IMG/VR virus record: IMGVR_UViG_2908273394_000001
Location: 27,198-91,197 of that record
Direction: 5' to 3' (one strand)
Length of the DNA: 64,000 nt
DNA from: a virus
Lineage: Duplodnaviria; Caudoviricetes
A model generated the notes under the pieces. It was not told the origin of the DNA. It was given only the letters and a program-made list of their open reading frames with translations, and made no database searches. The number at the start of each line of letters is the position of its first letter. The first letter of the stretch is position 1. Both the position numbers and the translations under genes were made by a program. Positions 8,961 to 19,434 of the stretch are shown one piece after another.

Positions 8961-9110
8961 ATGGCCATCCCGACCCCCGCCGAGTTCCGCACCGCCCACG
9001 GCGACCCCACCGACTGGTGCGGCCCCGAGATCGACGAATACCTCGACGACTGCCTCGCCCAGCTCCCCAACCCCACCAACCCGGCCCCGGCCATGCCGGC
9101 CGCCGCCTGA
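8961..9110 (+). CDS. 49-aa hypothetical protein
   Basis: AAGGAG RBS; MAIPTPAEFRTAHGDPTDW. Confidence 0.55.
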   Translation: MAIPTPAEFRTAHGDPTDWCGPEIDEYLDDCLAQLPNPTNPAPAMPAAA

Positions 9111-9127
9111 CCCGCAAGGAGCCCGAC

Positions 9128-9316
9128 ATGCCCAGCAAGCAGACCGCCGCGGCCGCCGCAGTCGCCGCCGGCCAGAACCTCGTCAACACCGTCGCCCAGC
9201 ACGGCCTCACCAGCCCCGAAACCCAGCAGGCCACCAACGCGGCCGCCGTCGCCCTCGACACCGCCGAAGCCGCCGGCTGCACCCGCGACGACTACGCCAA
9301 CGCCCGCAACCGCTGA
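9128..9316 (+). CDS. 62-aa Ala-rich hypothetical protein
   Basis: AAGGAG RBS; MPSKQTAAAA. Confidence 0.6.
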   Translation: MPSKQTAAAAAVAAGQNLVNTVAQHGLTSPETQQATNAAAVALDTAEAAGCTRDDYANARNR

Positions 9317-9354
9317 CCACCCGCCCCCTTCACCCGGAAGGACACCGATCCGCC

Positions 9355-10461
9355 GTGAACACCGACCACACCTCCGAGCAGCGGCAGCTGACCCGAGGGC
9401 AGATCGTGGCCTTCACCGCTGCCACGATCCCGATGATTGCCGTCGGGGTCGGCGGCGGTATCGGCACCTACGCCAACGCCAAGGCCCAGCTCGGCAGCGG
9501 GCAGACCGCCCTCGGCATGCTCGCCGCCGGCGAAGGCGCCACCCTGATCGCCGCCATCGTCATGATCGCCGTGACCATGCTCGGCCAGGCCGCCCCCCGC
9601 ACCGCCCGCGCCGCGCTCTGGCTGTTCCCCATCGCCGCCTCCGTCATGGGCCTCGTCATCGCCCCCGCTTTCCGCGAGGCCGTCATCTACGCCCTCACCC
9701 CCCTCGCCATGACGGCAGCAGCCGAAGGCGCCAGCTTCGTCGCCCGCCGCATCGTCACCTACACCACCCGCACCGACATGGAAGCTCAGCGCCGCAACTC
9801 CGAGCTCATGCGCCGGATCGCCTTCCACCAGGCTCAGGCCCAGCGCCACCCCTGGAAGTGGGTGCGGAACCGGTCGGAGCTCACCGCGTGGCGGCTCATG
9901 CGGAAGGTCGGCAGCGGCGACGCGCAGCTCGGCTCAGGGCTCATCAACGTGCAGCGCACCCGGCTCACCGATGGAGCCGACTCCGCCCTCCTGCTCATGC
10001 TCACAGGCTCCCGTGAGCCGATCACGACTCACCCTGAGCCGCGCGCCCTGACCACCGGTGAGCCGACTCGTGAGACGGAGCCCAGCACCGTGAGCCTGGG
10101 CGGCCACACCACTCACGACAGTGAGCCCACCACCCCGCACCTCGCCGACCCCCGGCCAGCGCTCCACACCTCTGACCAGCGGATCTCACGTGAGCCGGTC
10201 TTGATCCCGTCTGAGCCGACCCTCACCAAGGCCCCGACCCTCGCCCCTGAGACGACCCCCAGCGAGACGGATGAGCCGGACCTCACCGGAGTCGACGAGA
10301 AGGAGCGTCAGATCACCGTCCTGGCTCACCGGCTCAGGTCCGGTGAGTCGCTCACCAAGACCACCGCGGCTCAGCTTCTCGGCGTGAGCCCGGCGACCGC
10401 CGGCCGCCGTCTCAAGGACGCCCGCGACCGGATCACCGAAGGAACGGGGCTGTACCTGTGA
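9355..10461 (+). CDS. SpdB-like spread membrane protein (about 4 TM helices, C-terminal HTH)
   Basis: Hydrophobic N-terminal segments, P/T/E linker, LTKTTAAQLLGVSPATAGRRL HTH. Confidence 0.7.
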   Translation: MNTDHTSEQRQLTRGQIVAFTAATIPMIAVGVGGGIGTYANAKAQLGSGQTALGMLAAGEGATLIAAIVMIAVTMLGQAAPRTARAALWLFPIAASVMGLVIAPAFREAVIYALTPLAMTAAAEGASFVARRIVTYTTRTDMEAQRRNSELMRRIAFHQAQAQRHPWKWVRNRSELTAWRLMRKVGSGDAQLGSGLINVQRTRLTDGADSALLLMLTGSREPITTHPEPRALTTGEPTRETEPSTVSLGGHTTHDSEPTTPHLADPRPALHTSDQRISREPVLIPSEPTLTKAPTLAPETTPSETDEPDLTGVDEKERQITVLAHRLRSGESLTKTTAAQLLGVSPATAGRRLKDARDRITEGTGLYL

Positions 10462-10497
10462 GCCACAACCGCACCGCGCCGCGCCCACGGATGAGCC
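9831..10497. repeat. Cluster of TGAGCC/GGCTCA hexamers
   Basis: Counted 11 TGAGCC (10014-10497) and 8 GGCTCA (9831-10373). Confidence 0.75.
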
Positions 10498-10976
10498 CCT
10501 CGTCCGCGGCGCCGCCCCGCGCCCTGCCCGACACCGCACGGCTCGTCGACGAAGCCCTCCGCCATCTGCGCCCCGACCCGCCCGGCGCGCCGCCCTGGTC
10601 CCACCGCCTGATCCCGGGCCCGGTACGGCAGACACTCGCCGAACTCGGCTGGTGGAACAACCCCGTCCCGCAGCCGCCGTCCGGCCACCTCGACCAGGTC
10701 CTCGCCGTCCTGGAGAAGTACGGCTGGTGCCAGTCCCTCGACACCGACCTCCGCGGCCGGCTCTGCATCCGCGGCGCCCAGAACCTCCTGCAGAACACCG
10801 GTCACGTCACGCCCGCCGCCCGCGCCCGGGCCGTCGACCACATGCAGACCGCCCTCCACCGGTCCGGGATCACCCTGTCGTTCTTCACCTGGAACGACCT
10901 CCCCGGACAGGAGTTTTCCCACGTCAGGACCCTGATCCGTACCGCCGCCCGCAATGCCCGACGACAAGGAGAGTGA
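10458..10976 (+). CDS. DUF6197-like protein
   Basis: LEKYGWCQ..GRLCIRGA..WNDLPG. Confidence 0.65.
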   Translation: MSHNRTAPRPRMSPSSAAPPRALPDTARLVDEALRHLRPDPPGAPPWSHRLIPGPVRQTLAELGWWNNPVPQPPSGHLDQVLAVLEKYGWCQSLDTDLRGRLCIRGAQNLLQNTGHVTPAARARAVDHMQTALHRSGITLSFFTWNDLPGQEFSHVRTLIRTAARNARRQGE

Positions 10977-10979
10977 CCC

Positions 10980-11612
10980 GTGTCCACCCCCGGCCCCGAC
11001 GAGTTCGACCAGATCATCAAGGGCTTCGACACCCCGCCCCCGAGCTACGCCCCCACCAGCGCCGCGTACGACCCGAACCCCTACGGCGTACCTGTCCAGC
11101 CGGTGAAGCCGGGCCTGACCAAGCGGGGGAAGGCCGCCCTCGGGATCGGCGTCGCCGTCCTGGCCGGCGGCAGCCTCATCGGCTACCAGAGCTACTCCGC
11201 GCAGGCCGCCGAAGACGCCGCCATCGCCAAGGAATTGGAGCTGAAAACGCAGGCGCTGCGCCTGGAGGAATTGAAGGAAATCAACCGGGCCAACGAAATC
11301 GGACGGAAATCTCAGACCTCCGCCGAAACGGCTCGGCAGGCGTCCATCGATTCCTGCGTGAACAGCAACAAGGGCCTGGTCGGGAAGGGTTTCGGCTCCC
11401 CGACCTACCGGCAGGTCATCGACGACTGCCAGGCCCAGTACGGCGGCGCGACCAACCTGGCCACCGACCTGCAGACCGCCAGTTCCACCACGGCCACCAA
11501 CACCGGCACGGACGGCGGCAGCGCCAACGGCGGCGCCCTCCTCGGCGTCGGCGCCCTCGGGCTGCTCCTGCTGTGGGGGGCCAGGAAGGGCGCCAAGCCC
11601 AGTCCCGCCTGA
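10980..11612 (+). CDS. Membrane protein with coiled coil (transfer/spread accessory)
   Basis: Two hydrophobic segments flanking a coiled coil. Confidence 0.7.
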   Translation: MSTPGPDEFDQIIKGFDTPPPSYAPTSAAYDPNPYGVPVQPVKPGLTKRGKAALGIGVAVLAGGSLIGYQSYSAQAAEDAAIAKELELKTQALRLEELKEINRANEIGRKSQTSAETARQASIDSCVNSNKGLVGKGFGSPTYRQVIDDCQAQYGGATNLATDLQTASSTTATNTGTDGGSANGGALLGVGALGLLLLWGARKGAKPSPA

Positions 11613-11741
11613 CCTACTTACCACCCACCACTTCCCGGCGTTTTCCCCCTCTTCCCGCCCCGGAGAGCCCTTCAAGCAGGCGTTTTGGACGTTCTCCGGG
11701 CCCGGGAGGAAGGGAGGAGTACCGACAGAGAGGACCTTCTG

Positions 11742-13592
11742 ATGGCGGCCGACACCGCCCCCGCAGCGGTACCCGACCCCACCGACCGGACCCAGCAGGC
11801 CGCCCAGCCCGGCCTGCTTGCCTCCATGCTCGCCCCGGTCGAGCCCGCCCGGCCGGCCGCCTTCCACATCGAACCCGCCACCGCCGAAGGCGCCGCCCCG
11901 CACGACGTGGCCGGCACCTCCAGCGCTGCGTTCCACGGCGACGACAACACCCCGGAAAAAACCCAGAATTCCCCGGGGATTCCCGGAAGAAGGAAAGCGT
12001 CGTACGGGCCTGGTTGTTAGCTGGTGCCGAGCGGTGGAAAAAGGGCGCGGGCGCCAACATTAAGCGCCTCGAAGTTGAGAAAGCGCGCGCGATGGCGCAG
12101 CAGGTCAAAGAATCCCGGACGGTCAACCGGACGGAGAAGAACGAGTCGAAGTCCGCCCCCGCTCCCGCTCCCAAGGGCCCTGCCGGCGGCAGTGCCGGCG
12201 CGTCGAAGGGGCCGGTGAAGCCGAAGGACACCGGCAGCGTCCGGGGCCCGAAGAACACGACGCCCGCCGGTGGGGGAGCGGCCCGTACAAAAACGCCCGC
12301 GCCCGCGCCGAGCCCCGCCCACTCCAAGACCACGCCCGCCCCAAGCAGCCGAAGTCCCCCGCCCCGACAAGCCGAGCAGCACGTCGACCAGCTCGAAGCG
12401 TGACGCCGGACTCGACAAGCCCAAGAAGACCGACAGCAGCACCCCCGGGAAGGACCGCAGCCGGACGGGCAACGGACCCGCTACCGGAGGCCCGGACACC
12501 AGCTCCACGACACGGAAGGCCAGCAGCGGTTCCGCCACCCTGGCCAAGGACGGCAAGACGCCCGCGCCCAAGGACAAGCCGGCCAAGCAGGAGAAGGTCA
12601 GCCTGACGAAGCGCGCCAAGAAGCCGTCCCCCACCGGCCCCGCCCCCACCCCGGCCGGCACGGCACCGAAAGACCCCAAGACCACCAAGGCGCAGGACGG
12701 CCCGAGCGCGAAGAAGCCCACCCCGAACACCGACACCACCAAGCCCAAGAAGGACGGCCCGGACCCCGCCAACGGCCCGCACGCCGACACAAAGAAGCCG
12801 GACGCCACCAAGGGAACAGGCACCACGGCCAAGGACCCGAAGCCGACCAGCAACAAGCGCATCGAGGGCCACGACGGCACCGCCCCCGCCGGGAAACCGC
12901 TCGGGACCCGCACCTCGCGGGAAACCGGCTACCGCGACGGTACCCGCGCAGCCCGGGCAGCCGCCCACGTCCAGGCCTACCGCGACGGCGTGAAAGACGG
13001 CTGGGCCGACACCCAAGAAGCCGCCCAACGCGAGAAGACGGCCCTCGACACCGCCCACGCCGCCCGTAAGCAGCAGCGAGACAAGGAACCCGCCGTGCCC
13101 CCCACCCCGGCCGCCCCGCCCAAGCCCACCCGCGCCCCCGCCACACCGATCACCGTCACCGGCATCGACGCCACCAGCGTCCACCTCGGCGACGGCGCCA
13201 CCCGCACGTCCCTGACCCGCGGCGAGGTCCGCACCCTCAAAGGCTTCGAGCGCCGCCTCGAGGACAAGCAGCGCACCATGCAGACCATCGCCGAGCAGAC
13301 CAAAGGACTCGAGGCGCACGCCGCCCGGCAGGCCGAGAAAGTCACCCAGCTCCTGGAAGCCGCGAAGGGCGTGAAGGGCGGCGAGAAACTCGTCGCGACC
13401 CTCGTGAAGCTCGAGGAGGCCGCGAAGACACAGACCGCGCAGGCCACCGAGATCACCAAGCGGGCTGTCCGCGCCGCCGACGCCACCGCCGCCGTCCACA
13501 CCAACGCCCGAACCCGGTACGGCGCCATCTACCAGGCCGTCGTCGACTCCGACGAGACCAAGCCCGCCGAGCTCCACTTCTACAAGGGATAA
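11742..13592 (+). CDS. Large K/P/T-rich transfer accessory protein with helical C-terminus (3 probable 1-nt deletions near 11950, 12341, 12362)
   Basis: Segments MAADTAP.., VVRAWLLAGAERW.., ..RYGAIYQAVVDS join on adding one C in each C-run. Confidence 0.6.
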
Positions 13593-13597
13593 CCGCA

Positions 13598-13978
13598 ATG
13601 GCCGACCTGACCTACCGCCAGCTCCGCACGGCCGTCGCCGAACTCGAGCAGAGTGTCACCCGCTCCGCCGACGCGATCCGCGCCAAGGCGCAGTGGATCG
13701 ACGAGGAAGCCCAGGACACCTCTCAGGTCGCCGAAATGATCGCCACCAAGAGCGTCGACCGGAACACCGTCGGCGAGACTCACGCCCTCGCGCGCATCAT
13801 GCGCGGCCTCTCGGACGCCGTCATCGCCTACGCCTCCGCCGGTGACACCACCGCCAAGGCCGCGCAGGCCGTCGGGGACCAGGCCCGCCTCACGCACGAC
13901 GGCATCAACGAGCAGGTGTCCCGCTCGAGCGTCGACCGCATCCACGACGTCCACCGCGACTGGTTCGAGCAGGAATAG
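13598..13978 (+). CDS. Helical transfer accessory protein
   Basis: 126 aa amphipathic helices directly upstream of traB. Confidence 0.7.
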   Translation: MADLTYRQLRTAVAELEQSVTRSADAIRAKAQWIDEEAQDTSQVAEMIATKSVDRNTVGETHALARIMRGLSDAVIAYASAGDTTAKAAQAVGDQARLTHDGINEQVSRSSVDRIHDVHRDWFEQE

Positions 13979-14069
13979 CCCCCGCACCACCAAGGCCGGG
14001 GCCAGGCCGCCACTCCCACCGGCCCCGGTCCTCCCCGCACCCCCGCCCCTCAACTGTCTGGAGACCGCC

Positions 14070-16363
14070 GTGAACCACACCACCGCCACCGCCGTGCGCT
14101 CCGCGTCCAGCACTGAGCGCGCCGTCGCCCTCGCGACCACCGCCGCCCCGATCGTCACCGGCATCGGAGCGCCGTTCCTCGACGGAGGTGCCGCGTTCAC
14201 CGCCACCATCGCCTACGGCGTCGGCGCCGGGTTCCTCGCCGCGAACTACATGCAACGCCTGCCCGACCACCTCCTCGCGCAGATCCCCGGCGCGGACATC
14301 ATCCGCGGCCACAGCACCACCCTGTTCACTTCCACCCTCACCACCGGCATCGCCCTCGGCATCGGAACACTCGGCGGCCCCCTCTACACCGACGCCCTCA
14401 TGGCCGGCGTCCTCACGATGCCGTCCATCCCCGGCATCGTCTCCCTCGGCTGGTGGGCCGCCGTCGCTCTCGTCCCCTTCAAACTCCGCCGCATCCTGCG
14501 CCGCCCCCGCCCGCCCATCCCGCCCCACCACGGGCCCGCGCCCTACGGCACACCGCCCGGCACCCACACGCTGAACGTCCCCCTCACCGACGCCCAGCGG
14601 ATCGCCCAAGCCTGGGGAACCCACATCTCCCACCCCACCCACGGCGCCCACCGCGGACAGGTACTCACCCTGCGCACCCTCACCCCGGAACGCTGGACCG
14701 GCACCATCACCGCCCCCATCGGCAACTCCGTCAACGTCAGCAAGAGCACCATCTCCAGCGTCTACCAGGTCCCCGCCGACTGGATCACCCTCACGCCCGG
14801 CGACCACGCCGGCGAGCAGCACATCACCGTCAACGTCACCCCACCCGCCACCCTCGACCCCACAACCCTCGCCGGCGCCTGGGCCAAGTACGTCGCCCCC
14901 CGCGTCATGAAGGGCTCCCATCTCGAAGACATCCAGACCGACCCGGCCACGGGCGGAGAAGTCGCCGTCGTCGTCGCCGACGAAGACCAGACCCGGCTCA
15001 CCACCCCCAGCCAGGAAGACCTCGCCGGAGCACTACGCACCAACACCCTCCTGTGCTCCTACGCACCCACCCCCGGCAACCCCCGCCGCGGCACGATCCG
15101 CCTGATGAAGCACAACCCACTCGAGGACGGCACCCCGTTCCCCGGCACCCACGTCCTGAAGATCTCCGAAGGCGGCTACGTCGAAATCGGCCGCCACGTC
15201 TCCGGATTCCCCGCCCGCGTCCAGTTCACCGACCCCATCCTCGGCGCCCGACACCTGTTCATCGCCGGCGTCACCGGCTCCGGCAAGGGCGGCCTCGTCC
15301 AGATCGTCGCCCTCGCAGACCACGTCAACGGCCACGCCATCATCTACGGCGACCCCAAGGGCTCCTCCAACCCCGACGTCGAGACCATGGCCTGCTACTC
15401 CGGCCTCGGCGAAGCCGGAATCATGGGCGCCCTCCGCGTCGGCTACGGCCTTCTGCGCTGGCGGATCGAAGAGTCAGCCCGCCTGAAGATGAAGAACTTC
15501 ATCGCCACCCCCGACCGGCCCTGGGTCCGCATCATCATCGACGAAGCACACGTCCCCCTATCCGAAATGGTCGAGCACAGCAAAGAAGCCAAGATCATCG
15601 TGGAGGCCTTCGCCGCGAAAGCCCGCTCCCTCGGCATCATCCTCACCGTCGTCAACCAGGCCGTGAACGCCGACAAGCTCGGCGGCTCCACCGCCCTGCG
15701 CACCAACGTCATCCAGGGCGGATCCCTCGTCATGCTCCGCACCGACTCAGACCAGGCCCACCTCGCCACCACCGGCTTCGAAGGCATCGACCCCGGCAAG
15801 ATCCCCGCCTCCTGGGACGTCGACCGGCCCCTGGTCTACGACGAGAGCGTTAGGCTCGCCGACCCCCGCTCCACCTTCGGACTCGGCTACACCCTCGGCC
15901 CCGGCGGCGCCGCCGAAATGATGCGCACCTTCATCCTTGAGTCCGCCGCCCCCTACATCGACGAGAACGCGATCGCCTACCCAGCGGACTGGCCGGACTG
16001 GGACAACCGCCACGAGATCGCCGCCACCTCCATCCTCGGCGACGACGACGAGACCGGCGACGCCATCTTCGACATCAGCAGCCTCCCCCCGGCCCCGAAG
16101 AAGCCGGCCAGTGCCGACGACAAGATCCTCACCGTGCTCAGCCAGCTCGCCGACCCGCTCGGCATCGAAGTCAACTACACGCACAAGGACCAGATCTCCG
16201 AGGCGACCGGCATCGAAGGATCCACCCTCGACAACGCACTGTCCCGCCTCACCAAGGCCGGGAAGATTCACCGGCAGATCGAGAACGGCAAGGAAGTCCG
16301 CGGCTGGTACGGATACGGACCCACCCCGAACCCGAGCACGCAGCCGACGACGAGACCGAGTAG
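14070..16363 (+). CDS. traB: TraB-type FtsK/SpoIIIE DNA translocase (probable 1-nt deletion near 16322)
   Basis: N-terminal TM helices, Walker A GVTGSGKG, Walker B IIIDE, C-terminal wHTH; likely true end PEPEHAADDETE* at 16363. Confidence 0.85.
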
Positions 16364-16374
16364 GAACCACCCCC

Positions 16375-16530
16375 ATGCCCCGCCCCACACTCCCCGAGCC
16401 GGACCCCGACACCATCACCCTCCGACTCCCCGACGGAACCCTCGTCGTCGCCCGCCTCGACCCCACCACCACCGACAGCCCCCTACGACGCGCCCTCCAC
16501 GCCGCCCAGCACCCACCTGCCAGGGACTGA
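16375..16530 (+). CDS. 51-aa hypothetical protein
   Basis: MPRPTLPEPDPDTITLRLPDG after AGGA. Confidence 0.5.
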   Translation: MPRPTLPEPDPDTITLRLPDGTLVVARLDPTTTDSPLRRALHAAQHPPARD

Positions 16531-16718
16531 AGCGACTCAACCTCCAAACCCGGTCGACGAACCAGCGGGGGATAGCGGCTCAGACAAACAGCCGTCCATC
16601 CGCCACCATGAACACACAGGCCCGGCCCGGGAGAACCAGCGTCCCCCCGCCCTCCCCAGCCCGCCCCAGGCCCCGTGCCCCACCAGGACACGGGGCCCAC
16701 CCATACCCAGGAGACCCG

Positions 16719-17000
16719 ATGCACCGACCCCTCAACACCGGCGATGTCATCCACGGATTCGCCTACGGCGCCTTCGGACGCGACCACTACCACTGCGTCC
16801 GCATCGAAGCCATCGGCCCCGACTGGATCGTCGCCCGCGACCCCAACCGCGACGACGAAGGCCACCCCAGCTTCACCTCCGGCCCCCGAGCCCTGAAGCT
16901 ATGCCAGGAAGCCCGCGACGAACCCTGCCCCAACGACGACCCATGCCCCCTCTCACAAACCGCAGACGCCCCTCTCACCGCCTACGAGCGCATCCCCTGA
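16719..17000 (+). CDS. Hypothetical protein
   Basis: AGGAG RBS; MHRPLNTGDVIHGFAYGAFGRD. Confidence 0.7.
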   Translation: MHRPLNTGDVIHGFAYGAFGRDHYHCVRIEAIGPDWIVARDPNRDDEGHPSFTSGPRALKLCQEARDEPCPNDDPCPLSQTADAPLTAYERIP

Positions 17001-17033
17001 ACCGGGACCGGTCCTGCGGCTCCTCGCGCGCGT

Positions 17034-17068
17034 GAGGGCCCGCCCCTGTGGATCGGTGGCGGGCCCTC
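17034..17068. terminator. Bidirectional hairpin between convergent genes
   Basis: GAGGGCCCGCC..GGCGGGCCCTC. Confidence 0.6.
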
Positions 17069-17082
17069 GGCATGCGCGGGGG

Positions 17083-17283
17083 TCAGTCAATGAACGAGCC
17101 GTCCCGGCGTCGCTGATGCCGCGACAGGAGATGCTTGCACTGCGGGCAGTGCCGCATCATCCCCCGCTTGATCGCGAAGCTGATGAAACACGTCATCAGG
17201 TGGAGGAACCCCATCGTGAGGCTCAGGCCGGCCCGGCTTCCTCCGGGCATGGTGCACGTTCTGCAGTCGCGGCATCCCGCCAT
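17083..17283 (-). CDS. 66-aa LITAF-like zinc/membrane protein
   Basis: CRDCRTC - hydrophobic stretch - HCPQC. Confidence 0.6.
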   Translation of the reverse strand: MAGCRDCRTCTMPGGSRAGLSLTMGFLHLMTCFISFAIKRGMMRHCPQCKHLLSRHQRRRDGSFID

Positions 17284-17465
17284 AGGTCCCCACCCCTTTT
17301 TCGAGCTTGCGGAAGCGTCAGCGTAGGGGAGGGGTGTTCGGTGCGGGGGAAGAATCGGATCAACGAGGCGGGCCTGGTGGCCAGCTGGTGGGTGTGCCGG
17401 GGCGTGGGATGGTCCGCCGGCGCTGTTCGGATGGCTCTGTGCGAGCCCCCGGGCCACTGTCTGCT

Positions 17466-17672
17466 CTACGCGTCCCCGGGCCTTTTCGGCAGCTCCGCTC
17501 CTGGTCGACCTACGAACCACTCCCACAGTTGGCGCGTTACGCCACTCCGGTCGCTGCCCGAGGAGGCGGCTGCGTCATCGAACTCTTCTGTCAGCGCGTC
17601 ATCGATCCCTCGTAGGACGCGTTGCTTGTGACGGTGGCGGTGCTGCTTGCGGCGTTCCTCTTCACTCGGCAT
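17466..17672 (-). CDS. Ribbon-helix-helix (CopG/Arc-like) regulator
   Basis: QRVLRGIDDALTEEF..DRSGVTRQLWEWF. Confidence 0.7.
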   Translation of the reverse strand: MPSEEERRKQHRHRHKQRVLRGIDDALTEEFDDAAASSGSDRSGVTRQLWEWFVGRPGAELPKRPGDA

Positions 17673-17687
17673 AGGACAATCATCGCG

Positions 17688-17739
17688 GGTGGCTTGCCAC
17701 CAGTCAAAGGGTGGGGAATCATTATGGTGGCAAGCCACC
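17688..17739. promoter_or_regulatory. Two 14-bp operators in a divergent promoter
   Basis: GGTGGCTTGCCACC (17688-17701) and GGTGGCAAGCCACC (17726-17739). Confidence 0.7.
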
Positions 17740-17756
17740 GTGATGAAGGGAGCCCC

Positions 17757-18254
17757 ATGCAGGGGTACAGCCGCTGCGCATCCACGTCCTGCTGGGCACA
17801 GGCAGCTGAGTTCGTCGCTGGCGTTCCGCTCTGCTCCATGTGCAAAGCTGCGGTAGCGAAAGCGCTCCGCATAGGCCAGAGCGCGGGCAAAAGGAACGCC
17901 GGTAGCAACAACCTGATCCGCCAGACCTATGCGGCCTCGCTACCCCAGCACAGCGACGGCATCGTCTACTACGTCACTTGGCGGGCGAACGACGAGCACG
18001 TAAAGATCGGCACCACCACAAACGCCAAGCAGCGATTCACGGCCCTGTCTCAGATGGGCACACTGCGCTTCCTTGTTGCAGAGCCAGGAGGGACGGCCGA
18101 AGAGCTCGTGCGGCACCACCAGTTCGCGCACCTCCGTAAGGAGAACACCGAGCTGTTCCGCTACACGGACGAGATCATCGACCACATCGCCGAGCTGCGG
18201 AAGCGGTACCCGTACTACCGGGACCTCGCCGAAGTCGGCCGCTTGTACGACTAG
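17757..18254 (+). CDS. Zn finger + GIY-YIG (T5orf172-like) protein
   Basis: C..C..CSMC; IVYYV..VKIGTT..QR..E..H.QF..ELF. Confidence 0.8.
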   Translation: MQGYSRCASTSCWAQAAEFVAGVPLCSMCKAAVAKALRIGQSAGKRNAGSNNLIRQTYAASLPQHSDGIVYYVTWRANDEHVKIGTTTNAKQRFTALSQMGTLRFLVAEPGGTAEELVRHHQFAHLRKENTELFRYTDEIIDHIAELRKRYPYYRDLAEVGRLYD

Positions 18255-18272
18255 CGACCTGTAGGGGGAGAT

Positions 18273-18662
18273 GTGAGCACCGACCCGAACCGTATGACCG
18301 GCGCCGACTGGATCGCCGAGAGCCGTCACGCCTACTGCATCGCCATGGCCGCCCGGATGGAGACCGCCCGGGCGGAAGCCACCGCGCGCGGCGACCGCGA
18401 CGCCGCCCGGCGCCGGGACTTGCTCAGGACTCTGTTCACCGCCGAGACCCGGAACATCGTCACCGGGGAACCGAAGAGGATCGTTCCCGACGAGGAAGCG
18501 GTACGGCTTCGGGTAGCGGAGGACGAGGAGCGCGCGTCCCAAGAGCATGCTGCGTACCTGGCGGCGGCCCGCAAGCGCCTCGGGCTGGACCCCCCGCGAG
18601 CGAACCCATCCGCCTACCGCCCGTACCGTGGCGGGCTCCCCACGCTCGGGAAACACCGCTGA
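18273..18662 (+). CDS. Hypothetical protein
   Basis: 129 aa, GGGGAG RBS. Confidence 0.6.
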   Translation: MSTDPNRMTGADWIAESRHAYCIAMAARMETARAEATARGDRDAARRRDLLRTLFTAETRNIVTGEPKRIVPDEEAVRLRVAEDEERASQEHAAYLAAARKRLGLDPPRANPSAYRPYRGGLPTLGKHR

Positions 18663-18673
18663 CGGAGACCGGC

Positions 18674-19042
18674 CTACGGCCGCCACTCGTCCCGGTAGTC
18701 GCTGTGGTCGGCGTACGGGAGGGCGAGCAGGCGCAGCGTCGCGCAGGGGTAGTACGACTGGCTGACCCCGCCGAAGTCGCACTCCCTGCAAAAATCGGTG
18801 CTGTAGCCCGACTCCAGTGACTCCTGGTGCAGATCTACGATGCGCCGCTTGGCGTCGACCTCGGCGAGGACGCGAGAGGGGGACCAGGCTGAGCGTCTCC
18901 ACTCGGGCGTCTTCACCGTGTCCTCTACCCACTGTCCTCGGATCATCCGCCGGGTTACTGTCGTCCGCCTCAAAGCGTCTTCCGCCGCGCGCTGCTCTTC
19001 GTCAAGACAAGTGTTGAGGAACTGCACGAGATCGTCGGTCAC
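18674..19042 (-). CDS. DUF6221-like protein, copy 3 of tandem
   Basis: DLVQFL..LDEE..RVLAEVDAKR..LRLLALPYADHSDYRDEWRP. Confidence 0.85.
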   Translation of the reverse strand: MTDDLVQFLNTCLDEEQRAAEDALRRTTVTRRMIRGQWVEDTVKTPEWRRSAWSPSRVLAEVDAKRRIVDLHQESLESGYSTDFCRECDFGGVSQSYYPCATLRLLALPYADHSDYRDEWRP

Positions 19043-19434
19043 GGCCGCCACTCTTCGCGGTAGTCGGGGTGGTCGGCGTATGGCAGGGCGAGGAACTCCA
19101 GCGCGGTACGCAGGGAGCTGACGGAGCCGGTCAGCCGGTCGTAGGAGACCATGGCGGGCCCGCTGTTCTGGAACTCGGCGACCGCACGTTCGTAGGCGTT
19201 GGCCACCTCGCGTTTGGCGTCGACCTCGGCGAGGACGCGGGTCGGGTCGTGGCGGACGATGTGGTCAGCGATGCCGGTCCAGTTCGCGGAGGCGCACTCT
19301 TCTGCGCGGTCGCCTTCGGTGGCAACGATCACGCCGGTCTCCCCGATCTGTCGGAAGCTATCGCCCGCTCGGCGGGCAGCGCGCTCGTCCTCGTCGAGGC
19401 GGTCGTTGAGGAACTGCACCAGAGCGTTGATCAC
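19039..19434 (-). CDS. DUF6221-like protein, copy 2 of tandem
   Basis: LVQFLNDRLDEDE..RVLAEVDAKR..LALPYADHPDYREEWRP. Confidence 0.85.
   Translation of the reverse strand: MINALVQFLNDRLDEDERAARRAGDSFRQIGETGVIVATEGDRAEECASANWTGIADHIVRHDPTRVLAEVDAKREVANAYERAVAEFQNSGPAMVSYDRLTGSVSSLRTALEFLALPYADHPDYREEWRP

Noticed and set aside
13842-17000. 1052-aa TraB with long C-terminal extension
   Set aside because: Artefact of the indel near 16322 fusing traB to the separate gene at 16719-17000, which has its own RBS
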